Assembly: GCA_043721935.1 (NCBI GenBank)
Contig: JAYSPU010000067.1
Coordinates: 1 to 34,134, forward strand
Source: Bacteroidota bacterium
Lineage (GTDB): Bacteria; Bacteroidota; Bacteroidia; AKYH767-A; 2013-40CM-41-45
Direction: 5' to 3'
DNA length: 34,134 nucleotides
In this document: positions 25,975 to 34,134 of the stretch, piece after piece
How the letters are laid out: every line of letters begins with the position of its first letter
Position numbering within the stretch: position 1 is the stretch's first letter
Position numbers and translations under genes: made by a program
Notes under the pieces: generated by a model
What the model saw: the letters and a program-made list of their open reading frames with translations, nothing else
Told to the model about the DNA's origin: nothing
The model's database searches: none

Positions 25975-26586
25975 CTATTTTTCCGGAGGGATGAAGTCGT
26001 TATTCACAGAGCTTATGTAATCCAGAATGTCATCTCGCCCTAGTTTTTTATCTGCTGATGATATGAAAAGCTGAGGCAGTTCGTCCCATGTTTTATTTAG
26101 TGTTCGCTTGTATTGTTCAACTGAAAAGATGATTTGTGTTTTCTTCAACTTATCTGCTTTCGTAAAAACAATTACCAGTGGAATTCCTTTTCCTCCAACC
26201 CAATTGATGAACGTAACATCTATAGGTTGTGGTTCGAGGCGAATGTCTACCAGAATAAAAACCGTCATTAAATTAGGACGTGATTCAAGATACGTGCGAA
26301 TCATTCTATCCCAGGCAGCCTTTGAAGTCTTTGATGCCCGTGCAAAACCATATCCCGGTAAATCTACGAGGTACCATTTTTTGTTGACCAGAAAATGATT
26401 GATTAATTGTGTTTTTCCCGGAGTGCCAGATGTTTTGGCCAAACTCTTTTTCGCCACCAGCATGTTGATGAGTGAAGACTTCCCAACATTTGAACGACCA
26501 ATGAATGCGTATTCAGGCAACTTAGGCGGCGGACATTTATCTGCTGTAGTATTACTCGTAATAAATTCGGCTTCTTTTATATTCAT
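25975..26586 (-). CDS. yihA: Ribosome biogenesis GTPase YihA/EngB (YsxC)
   Basis: GRSNVGKSS, TSGTPGKT, DLPGYG and TKADK motifs. Confidence 0.96.
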   Translation of the reverse strand: MNIKEAEFITSNTTADKCPPPKLPEYAFIGRSNVGKSSLINMLVAKKSLAKTSGTPGKTQLINHFLVNKKWYLVDLPGYGFARASKTSKAAWDRMIRTYLESRPNLMTVFILVDIRLEPQPIDVTFINWVGGKGIPLVIVFTKADKLKKTQIIFSVEQYKRTLNKTWDELPQLFISSADKKLGRDDILDYISSVNNDFIPPEK

Positions 26587-26589
26587 TTC

Positions 26590-27366
26590 TCAGGAGGCCG
26601 ATTGACCATTAAATAATTTTTTAAGCCAACCGTCAAGAGCAGTATTGAATTGTTCCGGTTGTTCCATCATTGGAGCATGGCCACATTTGTCGATCCAGAA
26701 CAATTCTGAATTTGGTAATAATCGGTTAAATTCTACAGCAACATCAGGAGGAGTAACGGTATCGTTTTTACCCCAGATGAGACAAGTTGGAAGCGTCATG
26801 TTTTTTAAATCGTCACTCATGTTATGACGAATGGCCGATTTAGCTAATGAAAGAATTCGAATCAGCTTTCCTTTATCGTTAACAATTCCGAAAACCTCAT
26901 CGACCAGTTCTTTAGAGGCAGTTTGTGGATCGTAAAAAGTGTATTCAACTTTTTGACGGATGTAATTATAGTCTTCCCGCTTCGGAAAAGTTCCACCCAT
27001 GGCGTTTTCGTATAATCCTGAAGAACCTGTAAGAACCATTGCTTTAATATTCTCCGGATGCTTTTTTACATACACAAGTGTTACGTGTCCGCCAAGAGAA
27101 TTACCTATCAAAACGATGTCTTTATATCCTTTGAATTTAATAAAGTCGTCAACAAATTCAGACAACGCTTTCACATTGGTATTCAATAATGGCAGATTGT
27201 AAATCGGCATTAATGGAATGACGAGTTTATAGTTCTTCGAAAAATGTCCGACGACATCTACCCAATTACTTAATGCACCGAAAAGGCCGTGGAGCAGTAC
27301 AAGTGTAGGCCCGTTTCCTTCTTCGATGTATTGAAAATCACCTTCTTGTTTTATTTCATAACCCAT
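26590..27366 (-). CDS. Alpha/beta-fold hydrolase
   Basis: LHGLFG, nucleophile elbow GNSLGG, WGKND and CGHAP. I chose the ATG at 27366 because a -7 element TACATTTG lies at 27381-27388 on the minus strand. Confidence 0.88.
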   Translation of the reverse strand: MGYEIKQEGDFQYIEEGNGPTLVLLHGLFGALSNWVDVVGHFSKNYKLVIPLMPIYNLPLLNTNVKALSEFVDDFIKFKGYKDIVLIGNSLGGHVTLVYVKKHPENIKAMVLTGSSGLYENAMGGTFPKREDYNYIRQKVEYTFYDPQTASKELVDEVFGIVNDKGKLIRILSLAKSAIRHNMSDDLKNMTLPTCLIWGKNDTVTPPDVAVEFNRLLPNSELFWIDKCGHAPMMEQPEQFNTALDGWLKKLFNGQSAS

Positions 27367-27595
27367 ACATGGAGTTTTTCCAAATGTATAAAAAAAAACA
27401 AGCATGGCAGGCGTTAGAATGCATGTTCGTACAGAGACAATTGAACAATAGTATAGATAGGGCAGATATGAAGAGGCCGTCTGACTGCATTTTTCAGCCG
27501 CTTTTTTTTACCCGCGACCTCAATTTTTACCGATCCAACGATTCCGATGACCCTTGAAAAGCCGCAACAGTAGCGGCTTTGTAGAATTTATCAAC

Positions 27596-27622
27596 AAAGT
27601 GGCAAAAAGTGGTAAAAAGTGG
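27596..27622 (+). promoter_or_regulatory. MraZ operator: three AAAGTGG direct repeats at 10-bp period
   Basis: AAAGTGG at 27596, 27606 and 27616 upstream of mraZ. MraZ is known to bind GTGG-core repeats spaced one helical turn apart. Confidence 0.85.
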
Positions 27623-27662
27623 TAAAAATTCGTTTACATTAGCGCATCTAAAATTCTGGTGA

Positions 27663-28136
27663 ATGGCAGGTTTCATTGGTGAATTTCCGTGTACAGTTGA
27701 TGCGAAAGGACGATTCCTGCTTCCGGGTAGTTTGAAAAAACAAATCCCGGTAAAAGAGCAGAAGCGTTTTATCGTACACCGTGGTATTGAAAAGCATCTG
27801 ATCCTTTACACCAGAAAAGAATGGGAAAAAATCAGTGAAGAAGTAAACAGTCTGAATTTGTATGTGAAAAAGAACAGAGAGTTCTTACGCAAATTCAATC
27901 GTGGTGCAACGGAAGTTGACCTCGATGCAATGAACAGAATGTTGCTTCCGAAGTCACTGGTAGAATACGCAGGTATTGAAAAAGATATTGTGCTCTTTGC
28001 TTATGGTAACCGAATTGAAATCTGGTCTGAAGCAGAATATACGCGGATGATGAAAGATGATTCGTCGGATTTTGCGCAGTTAGCCGAAGACGTGATGGGT
28101 AAGAAACGAAGGAACGATGACGAAGACTTATCATGA
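27663..28136 (+). CDS. mraZ: Transcriptional regulator MraZ
   Basis: FIGEF, DAKGR, DAMNR and RIEIW motifs; first gene of the dcw cluster. Confidence 0.95.
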   Translation: MAGFIGEFPCTVDAKGRFLLPGSLKKQIPVKEQKRFIVHRGIEKHLILYTRKEWEKISEEVNSLNLYVKKNREFLRKFNRGATEVDLDAMNRMLLPKSLVEYAGIEKDIVLFAYGNRIEIWSEAEYTRMMKDDSSDFAQLAEDVMGKKRRNDDEDLS

Positions 28137-29034
28137 TCCGGTTTTATTGCAGGAAAGCGTTGACGCGCTGAACATCCGACCCGATGGTACATATGTCGAC
28201 CTCACTTTTGGTGGTGGCGGGCATTCGGCCGAAATTCTTTCACGACTGGGTGAGAAAGGAAAGCTCTTTGCTTTTGATCGTGATGAAGATGCTTCAGAAA
28301 ATCTGATTGATGATTCACGTCTTGTACTGGTTCGTCATAATTACCGGTTCTTAAAAAACTTTCTACGGTTTTACGAGGCTATTCCGGTGGATGGTATTCT
28401 GGCTGATCTGGGAATTTCTTCTTACCAGATTGACGAAGGCTCAAGAGGATTTTCAATTCGCTTTGATGCTCCGTTGGATATGAGAATGAGTAAAGGGTTG
28501 ACTAAAACAGCAGCGGATATTATTGCAAATTATTCAGAAGAGAGTCTGGTAAGGGTTTTTTCAGAATACGGTGAAGTTTTCAACTCGAAAACTTTAGCCA
28601 GAAAAATTGTAACGGAGCGAATGGAGAAAGTCATTTTGACAACGACAGATTTGAAATCAGTAATGTCAAGTGTCGCCGATCGTCAAAAGGAAAGTCAGTA
28701 TTACGCAAAAGTATTTCAGGCATTGCGAATAGAAGTCAATGATGAGTTAGAAAGTTTGAAAGAGATGTTGATGAGTTGCAGTTCTGTTTTGAAAGAAGGA
28801 GGCCGATTGTCAGTCATAGCTTATCATTCACTTGAAGACAGACTTGTTAAAAATTTGATTGCAAAGGGAAAATTTGAAGGAGAACCCGAAAAGGATCTCT
28901 TTGGAAATAGCGAAGGTTTGCCATTTAAAGCAGTTACTAAAAAACCTGTTGAAGCGACAGAAGAAGAAGTTGAAAGAAATCCGCGTGCCAGAAGTGCCAA
29001 ATTAAGAATCGCCGAAAAGACCAATCATGTCTGA
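28117..29034 (+). CDS. rsmH: 16S rRNA m4C1402 methyltransferase RsmH (MraW)
   Basis: HDPVLL, DLTFGGGGHS, DLGISS, RGFS, LDMRM, FQALRIEVNDEL, YHSLEDR and NPRARSAKLR motifs. Confidence 0.97.
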   Translation: MTKTYHDPVLLQESVDALNIRPDGTYVDLTFGGGGHSAEILSRLGEKGKLFAFDRDEDASENLIDDSRLVLVRHNYRFLKNFLRFYEAIPVDGILADLGISSYQIDEGSRGFSIRFDAPLDMRMSKGLTKTAADIIANYSEESLVRVFSEYGEVFNSKTLARKIVTERMEKVILTTTDLKSVMSSVADRQKESQYYAKVFQALRIEVNDELESLKEMLMSCSSVLKEGGRLSVIAYHSLEDRLVKNLIAKGKFEGEPEKDLFGNSEGLPFKAVTKKPVEATEEEVERNPRARSAKLRIAEKTNHV

Positions 29035-29566
29035 AAATAAAGTTAAAAGTCCTTTACAAATTCAGGAAGAAGTTGCGGAAAAAGTAAAGCCGATGCAAAA
29101 AAAAATCGTGCCTGTACTTTCTGAAAACAAGTTGAAGATAAAAAAGTTGGCAGATAGGGAGATTGAAGATGCACAAGAGGAAGATGCAGCGGAAGAAGTA
29201 GTTGCAGCACCAAAAATTAAGAAAAAAAAGAAAACACCATCACGGATTCCAATTAACATATTTAAAGTATTTGGAATTCTGGAGCGGAATCAAGTTGTAA
29301 ATGCAATGCCATTTATCCTTTTCGTTACCGTTTTACTCATGTTTTATATTTCAAATACATATTACGCTGAGGGAGTGGTTCGGGAAATAGACAAAACTAA
29401 GTTTTTGTTAAAAGAAAGACGTGCCGAGTACATATCAACGATGTCACGATTGATGTATCAGAGTAAGCAATCGGAAGTAGCAAAAGCATTGCTTCCGACA
29501 GGAATAAAAGAGTCAACAGAGCCTCCAAAGAAAATTTTTGTTACCGGACAATCCATTAAAAAATAA
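29027..29566 (+). CDS. FtsL-like cell division protein with a long charged N-terminus
   Basis: Located between rsmH and the PBP gene. One transmembrane helix (MPFILFVTVLLMFYISN) followed by a coiled-coil-like segment and ...SEVAK...GIKESTEPPKKI. Confidence 0.8.
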   Translation: MSENKVKSPLQIQEEVAEKVKPMQKKIVPVLSENKLKIKKLADREIEDAQEEDAAEEVVAAPKIKKKKKTPSRIPINIFKVFGILERNQVVNAMPFILFVTVLLMFYISNTYYAEGVVREIDKTKFLLKERRAEYISTMSRLMYQSKQSEVAKALLPTGIKESTEPPKKIFVTGQSIKK

Positions 29567-29579
29567 TACACACAAAGCA

Positions 29580-31685
29580 ATGGAAGTAAAAAAAGACATC
29601 ATGTGGAGGATCAATGGATCCTTTATTATTATGTGTGTGTTTGGCCTGGTTATTCTTGGTCAGATAATCCGTATTCAGTTTGTTGAAGGGGATAAGTGGA
29701 TGGCTTTGGCCAATAGCTTCACATTTAGATACTTCAATACTCCTGCCAGCAGAGGAAATATATTTTCATCTGACGGTCGCTTGTTATCGACGTCTATTCC
29801 GATCTATGACATCCGTATGGATTTACAGGCTGATGGAATGACGAAAAAACTTTTCGATGACGGTATCGACTCTTTGTCAATTGGGCTTGCTGATCTTTTT
29901 AAAGATCGTTCTTCTTCAGAATACAAACGAATGATCAAAGAAGCGCGTGCAAATAAAGAGCGTTATTTTCTTGTTCATCGGAATGTTCGGTATCCTGAAT
30001 TGCAAGTTTTAAAGACTTTCCCGCTTTTTCGTTTAGGGAAATACAAAGGTGGCTTATTGACAGAGCAAAAAGAAATTCGTGAAATGCCATTCAAAATGCT
30101 GGCAGCACGAACAATCGGTTATATGCGGGATGTAAAGCCTGTAGGTATTGAATCATCTTTTAATCAGGAATTAAAAGGCGAAGGTGGAAAAAGGTTGATG
30201 CAAAAAATGAGTGGTGCTGTCTGGATGCCGGTGACTGACAAAGAACAGTTGGAACCACGTGATGGTAATGATCTGATAACGACAATTGATGTAAGTATTC
30301 AAGATGTAGCAGAAAACGCACTCGAAGAACATCTTCGTGCGCATAATGCAGATCATGGTTGTGCAGTACTGATGGAAGTTGCCACAGGAGAAATTAAAGC
30401 CATTGCAAATCTTTCTCGCAATGATGCCGGTGGATATTCTGAAGAATTTAATTATGTAATCGGTGAAGCAACTGAGCCCGGTTCCACGATAAAGTTGGCG
30501 TCTTTACTCGCTGCACTGGATGATGGCTATGTTGAGTTGAATGATACAATTAATGTAGGTTCCGGTGTGTGGAGTTATTACGGACAATCAATGAAAGATT
30601 CTCATGCTCCGAAATCAAGTCGCCTTTCAGTACAACGTTGTTTTGAAACATCTTCCAATGTTGGTGTTTCTAAAATTGTTTGGCAAAATTATGCAAAACG
30701 TCCGCAGGCATACATCAATAAATTGAAATCTTTCGGACTCGATGCAAAATTGAATCTGGAAATTGAAGGAGAAGGCATGTCACGTATCAAAAACACAACT
30801 GATAAAGACTGGTCGCCTGTTTCGCTTCCATGGATATCGATTGGATATGAAGTGGCATTGACTCCGCTGCAAATTTTAACCTTCTACAATGCCGTAGCTA
30901 ATAATGGTCGTGTGGTGAAGCCAAGATTAGTAAAAGAAATTCGTAACCATGGCCGGGTAATAAAATCGTTTCCTGTAGTGATTCTTCGCGATTCAATTGC
31001 TTCTCCTGAAGCATTAAAGAAAGCGCGAACCATGATGGAGGGCGTAGTGCAAAATGGAACAGCTAGTTCATTAAATAAATCGCCATACAAAATAGCAGGT
31101 AAAACAGGAACGGCACAAATTGTAAATAACAAATTTGGATACGACAAAAGTCATCGTACGTATCAGGCATCGTTCGTTGGTTATTTCCCTGCAGATGCAC
31201 CCAAGTACTCATGTATGGTAGTCGTTTATGCTCCCGGTAATGACGTTTTCTTCGGCGGCGCAGTTGCTGCTCCTATTTTTAAAGAGATCGCAGATAAAGT
31301 TTACTCTAATCACCTCGACATTCATACACAACCGTCGGATTCTGATACTATAAAAATAACGTCTCCATTGGCAAAAGTCGGAATGCAAAAAGAGACACGT
31401 AAAGTTATGGCTGCATTAAATGTTGCCGTTGTAACAACCGATGCAGATGCTCACATAGTGTCAACAACTATAACTTCAGACGGAGTGATATTTTCAGAAA
31501 GAAAAGTAGTTGATGGACTTGTGCCTTCAGTGAAAGGAATGGGTGCTGCAGATGCAGTTTTCATTCTTGAAAATGCAGGTTTACGAGTCAATGTTCGAGG
31601 TCGTGGAAATGTGGTAAGACAATCACTTGAACCCGGAAAGAAAATCAATAAAGGACAAACCATTTTGCTTGATCTTAATTTTTAA
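29580..31685 (+). CDS. ftsI: Class B penicillin-binding protein (FtsI-like) with a C-terminal PASTA domain
   Basis: N-terminal transmembrane anchor, RGNIFSSDG, EPGSTIK (SxxK), SSNVG (SxN), GKTGTAQ (KTG) and PASTA-like VPSVKGM...QSLEPG. Start taken at the ATG at 29580. Confidence 0.9.
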   Translation: MEVKKDIMWRINGSFIIMCVFGLVILGQIIRIQFVEGDKWMALANSFTFRYFNTPASRGNIFSSDGRLLSTSIPIYDIRMDLQADGMTKKLFDDGIDSLSIGLADLFKDRSSSEYKRMIKEARANKERYFLVHRNVRYPELQVLKTFPLFRLGKYKGGLLTEQKEIREMPFKMLAARTIGYMRDVKPVGIESSFNQELKGEGGKRLMQKMSGAVWMPVTDKEQLEPRDGNDLITTIDVSIQDVAENALEEHLRAHNADHGCAVLMEVATGEIKAIANLSRNDAGGYSEEFNYVIGEATEPGSTIKLASLLAALDDGYVELNDTINVGSGVWSYYGQSMKDSHAPKSSRLSVQRCFETSSNVGVSKIVWQNYAKRPQAYINKLKSFGLDAKLNLEIEGEGMSRIKNTTDKDWSPVSLPWISIGYEVALTPLQILTFYNAVANNGRVVKPRLVKEIRNHGRVIKSFPVVILRDSIASPEALKKARTMMEGVVQNGTASSLNKSPYKIAGKTGTAQIVNNKFGYDKSHRTYQASFVGYFPADAPKYSCMVVVYAPGNDVFFGGAVAAPIFKEIADKVYSNHLDIHTQPSDSDTIKITSPLAKVGMQKETRKVMAALNVAVVTTDADAHIVSTTITSDGVIFSERKVVDGLVPSVKGMGAADAVFILENAGLRVNVRGRGNVVRQSLEPGKKINKGQTILLDLNF

Positions 31686-33142
31686 TGCAACTAAAAGACA
31701 TACTCTACAAAGCAGGAATCGTTGAGGTCGTTGGCCCGACTCAAATTGGTATTACGCACATTTGCTTCGACTCTCGTCAGGCAAATGAGGGCAGTTTGTT
31801 TGTTGCCGTCAAAGGAACATTGACAGACGGTCATCAATATATTCGTCAGGTCATTGATCGCGGAGCATTTGCTGTTGTGTGCGAACAGTTGCCCTTGGAA
31901 ATCCGAGACGGTGTAACATATGTGAAAGTAAAAGACAGTGCATCAGCTTTAGCTATTATCGCTTCAAATTTTTATGGGAATCCTTCTGAAAAATTAGCAC
32001 TCGTTGGAGTCACCGGTACGAATGGAAAGACAACGACTGCTACACTTTTATTTCAATTGTTCAGAAAACTGAATTTCAAAGCCGGATTATTATCAACGGT
32101 TCAAAATCAAATCAACAATAACGTACTGCCTGCTACCCATACAACACCTGATCCGATTCAACTCAATGAATTGCTTTCCTCAATGGTGGAAGCCGGATGT
32201 ACACATGCTTTTATGGAAGTTAGTTCTCACGCTGTTGTTCAGAAGAGAGTAGAAGGACTGCATTTTGCCGGAGGTGTTTTTACCAACATCACTCACGATC
32301 ATCTCGATTATCATAAAACATTTGATAATTACATCAAAGCCAAGAAAGGTTTTTTTGATGTATTGCCTTCTGATGCTTTTGCATTGATTAATAACGACGA
32401 CAGAAATGGTGCAGTGATGGTGCAGAATACAAAGGCACGTAAGTACACATACGGACTTCGTACAATGGCTGACTATAAATGCAGAATCGTTGAGAATGAT
32501 TTTTCTGGATTGCTGTTGAATCTGGATGGACAAGAAGTGCTGTGCAGACTTGTTGGAAGTTTTAACGGATATAATCTAACCGCTGTTTACGCTACAGCAG
32601 TTTTACTTGGCAGAGAGAAAATGGATGTGTTGGCGGCTTTGAGTTTATTACTTCCGGTCGAAGGGCGATTTGATTTTGTTTCTTCTCCCGGAAAAATTGT
32701 AGGCATCGTTGATTATGCACACACTCCGGACGCTTTACAAAATGTACTCTCAACCATTCGCGATGTAAGTTCTTCCGGTGGAAAGATAATCACCATTGTA
32801 GGATGTGGAGGCGACCGCGACGTAGCAAAACGTCCGGTGATGGCAACCATTGCTTGTAGAATGAGTGACAAAGTAATTCTCACCAGTGATAATCCACGCT
32901 CTGAAGATCCTGCTGTTATTATTGAGCAGATGGAAAAGGGAGTGCCGATTGATCTGGCAAGAAAAGTTATGTCCATCGTTGATCGTAAAGAAGCGATTCG
33001 GGCGGCAGTAAGTTTTGCTCAACCGGGAGATATAATTCTGGTTGCAGGAAAAGGACATGAAAAATATCAGGAAATCATGGGTGTTCGTACACCTTTCGAT
33101 GATAAAAAAATTTTACAGGAGCTATTTAAAATAATGGCCTAA
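31685..33142 (+). CDS. murE: UDP-N-acetylmuramoyl-L-alanyl-D-glutamate--2,6-diaminopimelate ligase
   Basis: GVTGTNGKTT, TTPD, MEVSSH, FTNITHDHLDYH, DYAHTPD, CGGDRD, DNPR (meso-DAP-type motif) and AGKGHE. Confidence 0.97.
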   Translation: MQLKDILYKAGIVEVVGPTQIGITHICFDSRQANEGSLFVAVKGTLTDGHQYIRQVIDRGAFAVVCEQLPLEIRDGVTYVKVKDSASALAIIASNFYGNPSEKLALVGVTGTNGKTTTATLLFQLFRKLNFKAGLLSTVQNQINNNVLPATHTTPDPIQLNELLSSMVEAGCTHAFMEVSSHAVVQKRVEGLHFAGGVFTNITHDHLDYHKTFDNYIKAKKGFFDVLPSDAFALINNDDRNGAVMVQNTKARKYTYGLRTMADYKCRIVENDFSGLLLNLDGQEVLCRLVGSFNGYNLTAVYATAVLLGREKMDVLAALSLLLPVEGRFDFVSSPGKIVGIVDYAHTPDALQNVLSTIRDVSSSGGKIITIVGCGGDRDVAKRPVMATIACRMSDKVILTSDNPRSEDPAVIIEQMEKGVPIDLARKVMSIVDRKEAIRAAVSFAQPGDIILVAGKGHEKYQEIMGVRTPFDDKKILQELFKIMA

Positions 33143-33145
33143 CGC

Positions 33146-34134
33146 ATGCTGTACTATCTGTTTGAATATTTAAAAAGAGAATTTAATCTCACCGGTGCCG
33201 GGGTGTTTCAATACATTTCCTTCCGTGCTGCATTGGCTGTGATCACGTCGTTGGTCATCACTTTGTTACTTGGAAAAAGAATAATTCGTTTCATCACTAA
33301 AATGCAAGTTGGTGAAACAGTTCGTGATCTTGGACTTGAGGGTCAGGTTGCAAAGCAAGGAACACCGACAATGGGTGGATTAATTATTCTTTCTGCAATC
33401 TTAATTCCAACTCTTTTGTTTGCAAGGTTAATGAACGTGTATGTCATCATCATGTTGATTACAACCATCTGGTTAGGAATTATTGGTTTCATAGACGATT
33501 ACATCAAAGTATTTAAAAAAGACAAAGCAGGTTTAGCAGGGAAATTTAAAATTCTCGGTCAGGTTGGATTAGGATTGATTGTCGGCAGCATGTTGTATTG
33601 GAATCAAAATGTTGTAGTAAAAGAAAAAGCGGTCAAGCCGGCAATCAGTGTTGAACATCAGCATTCAAATGTTATCGAAGACATGCGACAGAATGAAAGC
33701 CTGTTGTATGCGCCTGTTGCAGTTAAGAAAACTACTACAACTATTCCCTTTGTAAAAAAGCATGAGTTTGATTATGCTGATTTATTAAAATGGTTAGGTG
33801 ATGGATATAAAAAATTCGCCTGGTTAATTTATATACCGGTTGTCATACTCATTATCACTGCTGTTTCAAATGGAGCAAACATAACGGATGGTATAGACGG
33901 ACTTGCCACGGGAACGAGTGCAATTATCGGAGCGACATTAGGCGTACTGGCTTATGTATCCGGTAATACTGTCTTTGCAAATTACCTGAACATTATGTAC
34001 ATCCCGAATACGGGTGAACTGGTGGTTTTCATTGCCGCATATGTAGGAGCGTGCGTCGGATTTCTTTGGTACAATGCATATCCGGCTCAGGTATTTATGG
34101 GCGATACAGGAAGTTTGGCCTTAGGTGGAATCAT
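33146..34134 (+). CDS. mraY: Phospho-N-acetylmuramoyl-pentapeptide transferase, 3'-truncated by the window edge
   Basis: Absent from the ORF track because there is no stop in the window. Translation from the ATG at 33146 gives MLYYLFEYL...FQYISFRA...KQGTPTMGG...GFIDDYIK...[13 protein letters not shown]...[23 protein letters not shown]. Confidence 0.95.
   Translation, partial: MLYYLFEYLKREFNLTGAGVFQYISFRAALAVITSLVITLLLGKRIIRFITKMQVGETVRDLGLEGQVAKQGTPTMGGLIILSAILIPTLLFARLMNVYVIIMLITTIWLGIIGFIDDYIKVFKKDKAGLAGKFKILGQVGLGLIVGSMLYWNQNVVVKEKAVKPAISVEHQHSNVIEDMRQNESLLYAPVAVKKTTTTIPFVKKHEFDYADLLKWLGDGYKKFAWLIYIPVVILIITAVSNGANITDGIDGLATGTSAIIGATLGVLAYVSGNTVFANYLNIMYIPNTGELVVFIAAYVGACVGFLWYNAYPAQVFMGDTGSLALGGI

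Noticed and set aside
27369-27557. 62-aa ORF in the hydrolase-mraZ intergenic region
   Set aside because: It overlaps the predicted hydrolase promoter and has no recognisable features. It cannot be supported, although a hairpin follows its stop.
28117-28136. 20-nt overlap of mraZ and rsmH
   Set aside because: Ordinary translational coupling in dcw clusters.
59-33058. Many short antisense or alternate-frame ORFs in the track (e.g. 1444-1752, 4297-4593, 5331-5663, 11582-11905, 26108-26398, 32180-32533)
   Set aside because: They overlap well-supported genes or terminators and show no recognisable motifs, so they are treated as shadow ORFs.
33142-33146. Missing murF between murE and mraY
   Set aside because: This is a usual dcw arrangement in Bacteroidota and not evidence of loss.

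Overview
AT-rich Bacteroidota chromosomal window made almost entirely of core genes. The assignment rests on TAnnTTTG-type -7 promoter elements, A-rich start regions without a Shine-Dalgarno, gldB/gldC, and a dcw cluster with murE directly followed by mraY. Gene order: 3' part of a cyclase-family gene; an alternative complex III operon (actABCDEF) continuing into A1-type heme-copper oxidase subunits II and I and ending in a strong terminator; phenylalanine 4-hydroxylase; a His-containing DUF2231-like membrane protein divergent from a heme block (hemA, fused hemC-hemD, hemB); 2-oxoacid:ferredoxin oxidoreductase alpha/beta; a DCC1-like protein; two outer-membrane beta-barrels; nadE; gldB-gldC; yihA; an alpha/beta hydrolase; and the start of the dcw cluster (mraZ with three operator repeats, rsmH, ftsL-like, ftsI-like PBP, murE, partial mraY). 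I see no mobile element, CRISPR array, tRNA or rRNA, and I cannot claim a clearly new protein system. The least-explained signals are mostly non-coding: (i) a composite short-repeat element (TAGATTAA-type 8-mers followed by CAACTG-type 7/8-mers) after both hemB and nadE in mirror orientation; (ii) a perfect 53-bp palindrome spanning two convergent stop codons, whose core recurs as an inverted pair nearby; (iii) candidate Fur-like and FNR-like operators at the act and hem promoters; (iv) the DUF2231-like membrane protein sharing a control region with hemA. All calls come from motif recognition by eye; no database search was run.
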